Below, one piece after another: positions 39,362 through 48,912 of a DNA stretch of 64,000 nucleotides. The DNA lies in contig CAWAIK010000001.1 of assembly GCA_963782115.1 (NCBI GenBank), positions 416,001 through 480,000 of the forward strand, written 5' to 3'. The translations under genes were made by a program, and so were the position numbers. Under the pieces are notes generated by a model, which ran no database searches, was not told the DNA's origin, and saw nothing but the letters and a program-made list of their open reading frames with translations. Every line of letters starts with the position of its first letter. Positions within the stretch are counted from its first letter, which is position 1. The DNA is from an uncultured Verrucomicrobiae bacterium. GTDB lineage: Bacteria; Verrucomicrobiota; Verrucomicrobiia; Chthoniobacterales; JAFAMB01.

Positions 39362-40306
39362 CTATTTGCGGAAGAGGATAGCCAGAAAGTCGTGGCGAAA
39401 GTCGGCCGGGGAGATGAGAAGCGTCGTGGCCTTCGCCGGATCGTATAGCCGAATTTTCGGGCCTTGAAAACCCAATATTGCGTAACCGTGGAAGGCGGTC
39501 ACAAATTTGACATCCGTGCCATCCGGCTTCGATGCACCGATGGATGGTACACGAGTGGAGGCCTGGACTGCCGCGGTGATCGTCGCAAGGGGCGTGTCAG
39601 CCTTAATCTCGATCTGGCCGGGCCTGACGCCGGTGATTTTTTCCCAGAAGTCATTGGCGTTAATGTCGAGGGCATCAAAGTTTTCGTAGCTCTTGAGTTT
39701 CACGGCGAGCGCCTTTTCGATGATGGCCGCCCAGATCGACTGATCGCTTGGATCCCGGATGTAGATGGGCGACCAGCCGGAATCGTGATCGTCGGTATAC
39801 AGGACATCGCTCACATCGATTGAGCCGCCGGGGAGCTTGACGGTGAAGTATCTGGACGAATTGACCGTGGTGCCAGGCGGCGGGTTGGACAGAGTCCCGG
39901 GCGGCACGCTCGACAGGTCTGTCAAAACATTGCCCGCTGTCTCGGAGACCATGCCCTGGATGATAGTTTGGCCGACCGGGGTGAAGGCCAGCGCTGCGAG
40001 CATGGAAGCGACCGGGCAGTTGGCTATGCCGGGCGCCTGCTTGACCTCGTTGAAGGCCGGGACTTTCTTGGAGGGGTTGAAGAGAGGCCAGGTGACCACA
40101 TGTACGTCTTTGCTGTCTGGGTCCTTGGTGGGCGGCGGCATCGTGGTCGTCTTCACCGCCTTCCCGACAGCACCCGGCGTTTGCGAGTCAGATTGCTTTT
40201 CCCATAGGGTCCGGCCTATCGGCCCAGGGATCCGTCCCCCAACGTTTCCGGGAGAGATGCCCAGCGGTCCGGGAACCTGAGCGCCGCCTCTGAATTGAAG
40301 TGTCAT
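39362..40306 (-). CDS. Calpain-like (papain-fold) cysteine protease
   Basis: QAPGIANC, WAAIIEKALA, HGYAILG, IRLYDP. Confidence 0.7.
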   Translation of the reverse strand: MTLQFRGGAQVPGPLGISPGNVGGRIPGPIGRTLWEKQSDSQTPGAVGKAVKTTTMPPPTKDPDSKDVHVVTWPLFNPSKKVPAFNEVKQAPGIANCPVASMLAALAFTPVGQTIIQGMVSETAGNVLTDLSSVPPGTLSNPPPGTTVNSSRYFTVKLPGGSIDVSDVLYTDDHDSGWSPIYIRDPSDQSIWAAIIEKALAVKLKSYENFDALDINANDFWEKITGVRPGQIEIKADTPLATITAAVQASTRVPSIGASKPDGTDVKFVTAFHGYAILGFQGPKIRLYDPAKATTLLISPADFRHDFLAILFRK

Positions 40307-40486
40307 GCTAACTAACCTGCATATTTCACGTGCTCACCTGGTTGTAAAATCTTTTAAGTTGGGATCGCGAATAGATCGACGAGTGACCGATGGTCAGTCA
40401 CTAAGCATGACAATCTGGTGGTTGATCGGCTCGCCCAATTGCTTGGCCAGGGAACGTGAGCGGGGACTTGGTGTGTTATCAGCGGG

Positions 40487-41605
40487 TCAGTCGAGAGTTG
40501 CCCAATCTTCAGTCGCCTCTCTTGGCGATTCGATCATTCTCTTCCTCTCGCTGACCACCTTGCTGGTCAAATATCTCAGGGGCGCTGGATTGAGCCTGAG
40601 AAGCCCAAGAAACCTGTTGGAGATCCTCGGATGCAGGACCGCAAGTCTCGCGAGCTGGTTTACCCAGAGCCGATGACGATAGACTTTCCGATGCTGCCGG
40701 GCGTAAATGAGAGCGGGGTCCGAAGAATTGGTTGTCGCGCCGGAAATGGCGTCCGCTGCGAGCGCACCGCTCTGGAGGGCATAAAGGATCCCTTCTCCGG
40801 TCAAAGGTTCGACTACGCGCGCGGCGTCGCCGATATACATCAGGTTAGGGTGTTGTGTTTGGATTGCTGACCTCGTCAGCGGAGTGATCGATTGCCAACG
40901 GTGTTCGGACGTCAGCCCAAACTTCTCTGTTGCTTCCTGTCGAAACGGTTCTGCATGCTCCGGCCGGCAAACCAGACACAAGTTTGTCAAGCCTTCCCCG
41001 ATTGTGGCCAGCCCGAGATAACCGTACCGGCACAACTGCAGCGTGACATGGGGCTCGGCATCGGCCGAAAAATGAGTCTGAAGGGCAACGCGGTCCGTGC
41101 GGGTTTTCGGATATTCCGTCAGCAGTCGGGCGACAGATGAATTGCGTCCATCCGCAGCCACGAGGAATCTGGCCTGGACGGTTTCGTCATTGGTAGTGAC
41201 CTTCCAACCCGACCCGCTCTGCACCTTGAGCGCCGGATTCGCGAATTTAACTTGGGCTCCTGCCGAGATGGCATGTTTTATCAGGGTGTCATCGAAAAGT
41301 TTTCTACGGATCCCGCGCTCTCCCCTGGTTTCTTTCGGAAGCTCAAATCGAATGGAGCGCCCCGCCAAATCAAGGAACTCGACCCAGCGTAATTTAGCGG
41401 ACGGTAGTCGATCAATCAGCTCGCTGACACCCAGGCGATCCAGGATTTGCCAGGCACCAGGGTTTACGCAATCTCCGCATACTTTCTCTCTCGGAAACTG
41501 TGTTCGCTCGAGGACAAGCGTCGACAGGCCTGCGCGCGCAGTCAAAGCCGCTGCTGTGGCGCCGGCGGGCCCGGCTCCAACGACCAGGACGTCATAACCA
41601 GTCAT
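40487..41605 (-). CDS. FAD-dependent oxidoreductase (geranylgeranyl reductase-like)
   Basis: GAGPAG, FPREKVCG, AADGRNS, GDAARVVEPLTGEGI. Confidence 0.85.
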   Translation of the reverse strand: MTGYDVLVVGAGPAGATAAALTARAGLSTLVLERTQFPREKVCGDCVNPGAWQILDRLGVSELIDRLPSAKLRWVEFLDLAGRSIRFELPKETRGERGIRRKLFDDTLIKHAISAGAQVKFANPALKVQSGSGWKVTTNDETVQARFLVAADGRNSSVARLLTEYPKTRTDRVALQTHFSADAEPHVTLQLCRYGYLGLATIGEGLTNLCLVCRPEHAEPFRQEATEKFGLTSEHRWQSITPLTRSAIQTQHPNLMYIGDAARVVEPLTGEGILYALQSGALAADAISGATTNSSDPALIYARQHRKVYRHRLWVNQLARLAVLHPRISNRFLGLLRLNPAPLRYLTSKVVSERKRMIESPREATEDWATLD

Positions 41606-42729
41606 ACGAAGAGCTCGGCGATGGAGTCAGCGACCATCCGGCCCTTCGCGGTTAAACGAACGTGTGAATTCTCTTCCTCAAGGTAGCCTTCGTTCCGGAG
41701 GGCATCTAATTCCCTCCCCTCCATCGCCGACGCCGGGACTCCGATCGACGTACGCAAACCGAAGGCGATGGCTTCGGCCTTCCGGATCTGTCCGGTGATT
41801 TTTTCCCTGAAATTAATTGGTTCAACTCCGGTTTGAAGCTGTTCGATATACCGGCTGGTATCGGGCGAATTCTGCCAACGTCTTTCACCGATTGTTGAAA
41901 AGGCGCTTGGACCTAAACCGAGGTAGTTCCGCCCAAGCCAGTAGGCAAGGTTATGCTGGCATTCATAACCTGGCTTCGCGTAGTTGGAAATTTCGTACTG
42001 TTGGTAGCCACCGGCCTCGAGTAGCGCCATCGTCAGTTCGTAAAATTGCGCGTCTTGTTCCGCGTCTTGAGGCAGTTCGCCACCTTGATGACGTCGAAAA
42101 AATTCGGTATCCTCCTCAAACGTCAGGCAGTAAGCAGAAATGTGCTCTGGAGCCAGGTTAATGGTTTTTCTCAGACTTCGTTCCCATGTTCCGACGGATT
42201 GGCCCGGAATTCCGAACATCAGGTCGAGATTTATATTCGTGAATCCGGCCTTTCGCAGAATATGGAACGAACGTTCGGCTTGTAGGGCCGAATGAACCCG
42301 ACCAAGCCGATTCAGCATTTCAGGATCCCAGGATTGTACTCCCATGCTGATGCGATTCACTCCGAAATCGTGTAGCATTTGCGCCTTTTCCAGCGAGACT
42401 GTGGCAGGGTTCATCTCAAGGGTCCATTCGCGCAAACCGGTAAAATCGAGGCGTTGATGCAGTCCGGAGAGAAGAAATTCCAGTTGCTTCACCGAGAGGG
42501 CGGAAGGGGTGCCACCTCCAAAAAAAATCGTCTCAATCCGACAACTTGCGACTTCTCGGAGCCGCCGGTCGAGATCCAGAAGAACCGAATCGAGGAAAGC
42601 CTGGGTCTTGTTGCGGTCGGAAGCCTCTTTATAAAAGCTGCAGTACGGACACACCTTCGGACAAAAGGGAATGTGGACGTAGAGATGACGCAATTCCGCG
42701 GTCTCCTCAATTCCGTTTTGGATTTGCAT
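41602..42729 (-). CDS. hemW: Radical SAM heme chaperone (HemN-like)
   Basis: YVHIPFCPKVCPYCSF, GGGTPS, YEISNY, HNLAYW. Confidence 0.9.
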   Translation of the reverse strand: MQIQNGIEETAELRHLYVHIPFCPKVCPYCSFYKEASDRNKTQAFLDSVLLDLDRRLREVASCRIETIFFGGGTPSALSVKQLEFLLSGLHQRLDFTGLREWTLEMNPATVSLEKAQMLHDFGVNRISMGVQSWDPEMLNRLGRVHSALQAERSFHILRKAGFTNINLDLMFGIPGQSVGTWERSLRKTINLAPEHISAYCLTFEEDTEFFRRHQGGELPQDAEQDAQFYELTMALLEAGGYQQYEISNYAKPGYECQHNLAYWLGRNYLGLGPSAFSTIGERRWQNSPDTSRYIEQLQTGVEPINFREKITGQIRKAEAIAFGLRTSIGVPASAMEGRELDALRNEGYLEEENSHVRLTAKGRMVADSIAELFV

Positions 42730-42752
42730 AAACATGACTATAATCCAGCCTC

Positions 42753-43904
42753 GTGTTCCGAGCTGTGGTGACGTTATTGATTTGTGGCGTTGTTTCCAGT
42801 CCGATCTGGTGTTCGGGACAGCCGACGCAATCGTCTCAGGCCCCCGCGGCTTCACCGGTCGAGGCACAGGCCGCCGTCGCACCGCAACCCACGCCGCTCC
42901 CGAATCGATCGTACGTTTATCGTATCGGGAATTCGGAAGCGATAGCAGACTACGAAGCAAACTCTGCGGTCGTTCGCCGGATGGTGGACGATCTCGTCAT
43001 AGCGGCGACAGGCCGGCCGACAGTCGCTTCCGCGTGGGGATCCCTGGTCAAGCCGTCCGACGTTGTTGGCATCAAGGTCTGCGCAAATGGCGCACCTCTT
43101 TTTAGTTCTCATCCGGCGGTGATCGAGGCAATTGTCGCCGGATTGGCGGACGCGGGTGTGCCGCCTCAAAACATTGTTGTCTGGGATCGCGATGAGCACC
43201 TGCTAAAAGTGGCAGGGTTCCACACCAGGAACGCCGGCTACCGGCTGATGTGGAGTGAAGGTAACTATGATCCGAAGGCCGTACTCACTTCTCCGATCAG
43301 TGGGAAACTGATTTACGGCGATCTCCTCTTTATGGCCAAGACCCCGGACACTTTGCGGGAAGAGCCAAAGGAAGGTCCGGTTGAGAAGGAGAAGAGGAAG
43401 CCGCAAACCATGGACAATCTAAGCGATGAAAGCCACCTGAGCAGCGTCTTGAGCCGCGTTGTAACCAAGGTGATCAACGTACCGGTTTTGTCCGACAACG
43501 TGTTCTGCGGCCTTTCCGGAGCCTTGTACAATATGACAGTCCAGAACCTCGATAACTGGCGAAGACTGGTTCAAGATCCGGTCAATGGTGATCCTTCCAT
43601 TCCTGAAGCCTACGCCGATCCGCGCATCGGCGACAAAGTCGTGTTTCAAGTCATGGACGGTTTGATCGCCCTTTACGCCGGCGCGCCGTTTGGAGATGCG
43701 AATTATGCGATCCACTATGGAACACTGTATGCAAGCAAAGATCCGGTGGCGCTGGATGCAGTCGCGTTAAAGAGAATCGACGAATGGCGTATCGGGGCTC
43801 AAATGGAGCCTGCTTCAAAAACGGCAAAATATCTCCAGACCGCGTTTAGCTACGGGTTAGGAAACGCCGATCTTAGCAAGATCGAGGTGGTCGATGTCCG
43901 GTGA
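42753..43904 (+). CDS. DUF362 domain protein, secreted
   Basis: VGIKV, IVVWDR, INVPVL, DPVALD pattern; signal peptide. Confidence 0.7.
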   Translation: MFRAVVTLLICGVVSSPIWCSGQPTQSSQAPAASPVEAQAAVAPQPTPLPNRSYVYRIGNSEAIADYEANSAVVRRMVDDLVIAATGRPTVASAWGSLVKPSDVVGIKVCANGAPLFSSHPAVIEAIVAGLADAGVPPQNIVVWDRDEHLLKVAGFHTRNAGYRLMWSEGNYDPKAVLTSPISGKLIYGDLLFMAKTPDTLREEPKEGPVEKEKRKPQTMDNLSDESHLSSVLSRVVTKVINVPVLSDNVFCGLSGALYNMTVQNLDNWRRLVQDPVNGDPSIPEAYADPRIGDKVVFQVMDGLIALYAGAPFGDANYAIHYGTLYASKDPVALDAVALKRIDEWRIGAQMEPASKTAKYLQTAFSYGLGNADLSKIEVVDVR

Positions 43905-44859
43905 AGCCGAGTTGTTCGGTCTTCTCAGAGGGGTCTCTCGTTCTTTCTACATCAGTGTACGCTTCCTTCCGCGACGGGTTCGAATGGCGATCGCGCTGGG
44001 GTATCTGCTAGCTCGGGCGTCGGACACGATCGCCGACACCAATCAACTCCCGCCGGCACCAAGAATCGAGATCTTGAAGCGGTTTCTAGGATCTGTTTCA
44101 AACCGGGAACTGGGAGATCCGCTGGATCTGGCAGCCTGTTTAACTGCGCAGGCGGATGGACCAGAGAAATTGCTGCTGGCCAATATTGACCGGGTATTGG
44201 ACTGCCTCTCAAGAATCCCACCGGCACATCGGGAACTCTTAAACGAAGTCTTAACGAAAATTATCCAGGGTCAGACTCTTGACATCGAGAGATTTGAGTC
44301 CAAACCGGGAATTTGTGCGTTGGCCGATGACTCTGCGCTTGAAGAATATACCTATTTAGTTGCCGGTTGCGTCGGCGAGTTCTGGACCAAGATCTGCCTC
44401 CTCGAGTGGCCGAACTACGCACGGTTACCTGCGAAGGAAATGCTGGGCTTGGGAAAAGATTTTGGGAAGGGCCTTCAACTCATCAACATCTTGCGAGACT
44501 ATCCCGCCGATCTTCTGGCCGGGAGATCCTATCTTCCCGTTTCTAATCTGGAAGAAATCGCCTTGAACCCGACTCTCGCCCGCCCTGAGTGGGAACGATG
44601 GCGTCAACGGGCGTCTGTTTGCCTCGAAGAAGCCTGGCAGTACGTGATTGCTGTTCGGCCCTGGCGAGTTCGGTTTGCCTGTGCAGTGCCGGTTTTCATT
44701 GGAGTGCGCACCCTGCTTCTATTAGGGAACGCCTCCGAAAATCGGCCAGGAATCAAAGTGTCTCGGAACGAAGTCCGGCGCCTGATAGTCTGGGCGGCGG
44801 GTACAGCGTTGTTTCGCTCTTTAGAACCCGTGGCCTACCGGACGATTTTTCAACGCTGA
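43894..44859 (+). CDS. Squalene/phytoene synthase family protein
   Basis: VSRSF, DTIAD, YTYLVAGCVGEFWT, GLQLINILRD. Confidence 0.88.
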   Translation: MSGEAELFGLLRGVSRSFYISVRFLPRRVRMAIALGYLLARASDTIADTNQLPPAPRIEILKRFLGSVSNRELGDPLDLAACLTAQADGPEKLLLANIDRVLDCLSRIPPAHRELLNEVLTKIIQGQTLDIERFESKPGICALADDSALEEYTYLVAGCVGEFWTKICLLEWPNYARLPAKEMLGLGKDFGKGLQLINILRDYPADLLAGRSYLPVSNLEEIALNPTLARPEWERWRQRASVCLEEAWQYVIAVRPWRVRFACAVPVFIGVRTLLLLGNASENRPGIKVSRNEVRRLIVWAAGTALFRSLEPVAYRTIFQR

Positions 44860-45014
44860 GGGAAGCCAGAAACCGAAAAAAAGAGTTAACCAAAGACCAT
44901 ACCAATTCCACAAACGACCAACAACGTGCACCCTTCTCCTCAAATCTGCGAAATCCGAGTAACCTGTGGTTAAAAATCTCGGTTACGATCGCAGCGCGCT
45001 AACTAAATCTCGTC

Positions 45015-46112
45015 TCACTTGGCCTGGAAAACGCTGATGGTCGTCAAAAAATCGATTGCCCGCTGCAAAACCAGGTCTTTGACATGTTGTTGCTTCGATT
45101 TTCCGTTGGCATGCTCTGCTTCGTACGCATCCAGATCGGGGTTTTTCCCAGCGACCAGAGCGGCCTCGTTGGTGTGCGGTCGTTCTTCGTCAAAAATGTA
45201 GTTCGACACGCCGTTCTGGTCTGCGAGCGCAAGGACGTTATCCTGTTGCTGCTTCGGGAATGGCACTGGGATGTCAGGCGTAAGACCCTTTGGGAAAATA
45301 TGCGGCGTGCCGGGAATCACCACTTCCCTGATCGCGACCGTCAAGACGAGGTTATCGCCGATGGGATAGTGCTCGTACTCTACGGCACGCCCAGAGGTCT
45401 TCTGACCGATGATCAGCGCGTGTAACTGGTTGTGGAGCGTGCCGGCCAGGGCCTCTGCCGTTCCTGCGTTGTCTTGGCTAACTAGCACGGCGAGGGGCCC
45501 GGTGAAGATCGGGTCCGCGGAAGACCTGTAGGCTTGCCCCGTTCCTCCCTTAGGTTCTACCAGGTTGAACAACAATTTGCCTTTAGGCACAAACCGACCC
45601 AGGATATCCGAAGCCAGTTGAAAATCGCTCCCGGGCTGCATTGTTCGCAGATCCAGGATCAATCCGCTTACTCCACGATTGCGGAAATTGTTGAGAGTTA
45701 CATCGAATTGGAGCAGACCGTTCTCGTTCAAACTTCCAAGACGTATGTAGCCGAACTGCGTTTCGATGAGCTCGGACTTGAATGGACGGTCCGGTACCGG
45801 CTGTCCGGTCTGCGTTTTCGCTTGAAGGGTGGCACCAGGACCAAGCCGCGAAAGAAGACCCTCAACTGCGGCCTGGTTGATCTCCTCATTGGTCAGCGCG
45901 CTCGAATCGACGAAGCTGGACCGGAGTTGCTCGATCACCCGTTGAAGGCCGGCCTGGTCCAATTGGTTTACCAGGTCTCGGAGGGGTTGTGCCGTCGCCG
46001 GAGACGCGGAAGTGCTCGGGGCCGGATTCGGAGAAGCCGTCAGCGTTTGTTGGGCAAAGACAAACCGGCCAGAGCAGAGGAGCAGAAAACAAAGGATAAT
46101 ACGTTTAGACAT
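45015..46112 (-). CDS. S41 (tail-specific protease) family protein, probably catalytically inactive
   Basis: GYIRL, LILDLR, GLTPDI; active-site motifs read NAGTAE and TSGRA. Confidence 0.75.
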   Translation of the reverse strand: MSKRIILCFLLLCSGRFVFAQQTLTASPNPAPSTSASPATAQPLRDLVNQLDQAGLQRVIEQLRSSFVDSSALTNEEINQAAVEGLLSRLGPGATLQAKTQTGQPVPDRPFKSELIETQFGYIRLGSLNENGLLQFDVTLNNFRNRGVSGLILDLRTMQPGSDFQLASDILGRFVPKGKLLFNLVEPKGGTGQAYRSSADPIFTGPLAVLVSQDNAGTAEALAGTLHNQLHALIIGQKTSGRAVEYEHYPIGDNLVLTVAIREVVIPGTPHIFPKGLTPDIPVPFPKQQQDNVLALADQNGVSNYIFDEERPHTNEAALVAGKNPDLDAYEAEHANGKSKQQHVKDLVLQRAIDFLTTISVFQAK

Positions 46113-46130
46113 CCAGAAGCTCGTTTGAAG

Positions 46131-47390
46131 TTAAATCGACCCAATGTCGCGGCGGAAGTAGCTTCCGTCGAATTCGATCTTACCGACTGCGCCGTATGCT
46201 CGCCGCTTAGCAGCCAACAAAGTGTCTCCAACCGCAGTGACACCTAGAACGCGCCCACCCGAGGTAAGAATCCGATTTTCACGTCGCTGGGTCCCCGCGT
46301 GGAAAACGATTACATCGTCCATCTGGTCGATCTGCTCCAATCCCACAATTGTTTTTCCGGTTTCGTAATTCCCTGGATAGCCGCCGGAAGCCATTACGAT
46401 ACAAACGGCAGACCGGCTGTCCCATTGTGCCGTGACCGCATCGAGTTGCTCCGAAATCGTGGCTTCGATGAGATCGACGATGTCACTCTTAAGTCTTGGC
46501 AGGAGGACCTGGGCCTCGGGATCCCCAAACCGGCAATTAAATTCCAGCACGCGGGGGCCATCCTTGGTCAGCATCAGCCCCGGAAATAGCAGCCCTCGAA
46601 ACCGGAGGTGATCTTTCTGGAGACCACGAATAAACGGATCCAGGATTTGCTCCCGAATCTCCTGCAAAACCGGTGTATCCAATCCTTGCGAAGGGCTTAT
46701 GGTTCCCATACCTCCGGTGTTCGGTCCCCGATTGCCGTCATAGAGTTGCTTATGATCCTGCGCCGTCGGGAGGAGCAGGTAGGAGCGACCATCCACCAGA
46801 GCGTGTACCGAACACTCGGCGCCGGAGAGAAATTCTTCGATAACGACTTTCCGACCTGCGTCTCCGAAGCGGCGTCGTTCGATCATATCATCGATGGCTG
46901 CTTCGGCCTCGCTGCGGTCATTCGCAATGACGACTCCTTTCCCGAGAGCCAACCCATCCGCCTTCACCGCCAGAGGGAATCCGAACTCTCCTAGAGCGGC
47001 TTTCGCATCTCGGCACGATTCGAATTCCCCGAACCGCGCCGTCGGAATTCCGTGACGGACCATGAAATGTTTTGCAAAGCTCTTTGACGATTCTAACTGG
47101 GCCGCCTCTTTGCAGGGGCCAAAGATGCGCAAACCGGCGTCCTCAAACAGATCGACAATCCCGCCAGCAAGAGCGTCATCCGGACCCACGACGGTAAGAT
47201 CAATTGACTCCCTCCGAGCGAAATTTACCAGTTGATCGAGTTCAGGAAATTTAATCTCAATGTTCCGGCCTACTTGCGCCGTCCCGGCGTTTCCGGGCGC
47301 GATGAAAACCTGTTCGACGCGCGGAGACTGACGTAGCTTCCAGGCAAGCGCGTGTTCACGACCCCCGCCTCCGATCACCAGCACATTCAT
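46131..47390 (-). CDS. purD: Phosphoribosylamine-glycine ligase
   Basis: GGGGREHAL, KADGLALGKGV, GPNTGGMG, EFNCRFGDPE. Confidence 0.97.
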   Translation of the reverse strand: MNVLVIGGGGREHALAWKLRQSPRVEQVFIAPGNAGTAQVGRNIEIKFPELDQLVNFARRESIDLTVVGPDDALAGGIVDLFEDAGLRIFGPCKEAAQLESSKSFAKHFMVRHGIPTARFGEFESCRDAKAALGEFGFPLAVKADGLALGKGVVIANDRSEAEAAIDDMIERRRFGDAGRKVVIEEFLSGAECSVHALVDGRSYLLLPTAQDHKQLYDGNRGPNTGGMGTISPSQGLDTPVLQEIREQILDPFIRGLQKDHLRFRGLLFPGLMLTKDGPRVLEFNCRFGDPEAQVLLPRLKSDIVDLIEATISEQLDAVTAQWDSRSAVCIVMASGGYPGNYETGKTIVGLEQIDQMDDVIVFHAGTQRRENRILTSGGRVLGVTAVGDTLLAAKRRAYGAVGKIEFDGSYFRRDIGSI

Positions 47391-47400
47391 GATGAGCTCT

Positions 47401-48099
47401 TCACCGAAGGGAAGGCACGTAAACGGTCGTGGTAGTCGGCAGCTGTGACACGGTCAGTGTGAACCGATTCCCTCTGATGCGGACAACGTTCGATCCTGAG
47501 AGCCATCCCCCCCCAATCGGCACAATGATCCTTGGGCGAAGTCGTTCGATCGTTACCCGGCGTTTTTCTTCCGTAAAGTTTGGCGAACCGCCAAAGGGCA
47601 TAAAGAGTACGTCGACATTGCCGATATTCAGCGCTTCAGACGGGGTGATAGCATCTTCTATCGCGCCCAGATCGCAGAATCGGATGCCATCCATCGACCA
47701 TGTGTACGCGACATTCAGTTTGGTAGGCGCAACCAGGCTTTCCGAGCTCGTTTGGACTCCGCGAACTAAAACTCCGCTAGCCCGGTTCACGCCGCTCGCC
47801 ATCGAGCTTCGAAAGATAATAGGTGAACCGCTCACCAGATCGGTGTAGTTCGCGGTATCGTCTTCATGCGTGATCAGGATCACGTCCGCGGGCACAGTGG
47901 CGACTTTCGCGGCATGAGGGTTAAACGGGTCCGTGATAATCGTCAGGCCGATCGACGAGGTAACTCGAAAGCAACCATGCCCCAGCCATTCGATCGTTAC
48001 CTCGCGCGGTCCTATGTCAGCCGCTTCGTTGCGTTTGTGTCGTGACCAGCAGCCAACGAGGAGCAGGACTGCCAACAGGAGGGAAGTGCTTCGATACAT
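47401..48099 (-). CDS. MBL-fold lipoprotein with degenerate metal motif
   Basis: LVGC lipobox, WLGHGCF, TDPF, ITHEDDTAN, VDVLFMP. Confidence 0.75.
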   Translation of the reverse strand: MYRSTSLLLAVLLLVGCWSRHKRNEAADIGPREVTIEWLGHGCFRVTSSIGLTIITDPFNPHAAKVATVPADVILITHEDDTANYTDLVSGSPIIFRSSMASGVNRASGVLVRGVQTSSESLVAPTKLNVAYTWSMDGIRFCDLGAIEDAITPSEALNIGNVDVLFMPFGGSPNFTEEKRRVTIERLRPRIIVPIGGGWLSGSNVVRIRGNRFTLTVSQLPTTTTVYVPSLR

Positions 48100-48252
48100 G
48101 CTGAGCGTAGGAATATCTGCGGTGAGACGCCAGAGTGACACATCGCGATCCAACGTTCAAGGATCCGTACGACTCAAGGTTTTTTGCCCTGGCCGATGAT
48201 TCTCTCTCCCGTTGATCGTATTCCCGGCCCTTCCGGATGCCGCCAGCTTGCC

Positions 48253-48425
48253 CGGCGAGGCTCCGTCCGAGCCGGGTTACCTTTAGGTAGTCCGAGCCAG
48301 GTTACGGGCGCGTAGCGGCAACGTCTACGCCATTTGGCTTTAGCACGGGAATAGGGGACGGAACATGTAGTCGAGGCAACGCGGCAATCCCCGGCTCGGG
48401 CGGAGCTACGAACGCCGGCCCTACC
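48253..48425. repeat. REP doublet (REPIN) left of the RAYT remnant
   Basis: GGCGAGGCTCCGTCCGAGCCGGG ... CCCGGCTCGGGCGGAGC...CCCTACC; degenerate inverted copy of 48669-48802 including the spacer. Confidence 0.8.
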
Positions 48426-48441
48426 AACGCCGGCACCCTGC

Positions 48442-48591
48442 TCACCACCACGATTCGTTCTTATATATTTCCCCTTGGAAAGGCCATTCGTCCGAGTGGG
48501 TGACCAGTCCCGCTCTCACTGGATTATTTATCGGAAGAACTTCACTCTCGAGGACCCCTTTCTCGGGATGTTTTCTTTCGGGAAAGGACAT
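48442..48591 (-). mobile_element. Internally deleted REP-associated tyrosine transposase (RAYT) gene, 49 codons
   Basis: Translates MSFPERKHPEKGVLESEVLPINNPVRAGLVTHSDEWPFQGEIYKNESWW*; NPVRAGLV...WP is the RAYT/Y1 C-terminal motif; flanked by GTAG REPs. Confidence 0.78.
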
Positions 48592-48599
48592 ATAAGAAC

Positions 48600-48605
48600 A
48601 TTATA
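48600..48605 (-). promoter_or_regulatory. Consensus -10 box upstream of the RAYT remnant
   Basis: TATAAT on the minus strand 8 nt before the ATG; no clear -35 at 17 bp. Confidence 0.45.
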
Positions 48606-48668
48606 CAATAAAGTTATGTGAACAAGGGATTGCTTTTTTTTGGCTGTCTGGTAGAGGGCGACGGCACG

Positions 48669-48834
48669 GGTAGGGCGAGGCTCCGCCCGAGCCGGGGATT
48701 ACGCGTTGCCCCGACTACCATGCTCGTCCCCTGTGCCCGTGCTTATTGGCGGAGACGTTGCCGGTACGCGCCGTACCCGGCTCGGGCGGAGCCTCGCCCT
48801 CCTTGAGCCTCGCCCTCCTATGAGCCTCGCCTAC
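48669..48834. repeat. GTAG-family REP doublet (REPIN) right of the RAYT remnant, plus two partial REP copies
   Basis: GGTAGGGCGAGGCTCCGCCCGAGCCGGG (from 48669) and its inverse at 48776-48802, followed by GAGCCTCGCC twice. Confidence 0.85.
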
Positions 48835-48912
48835 TGGGCATCCAGCTATTTCAAATACTGGATCATTTCCTGCCCGTCGGATTAAGGGCCGAGAGGTGCC
48901 TAGGCCGTAGCG

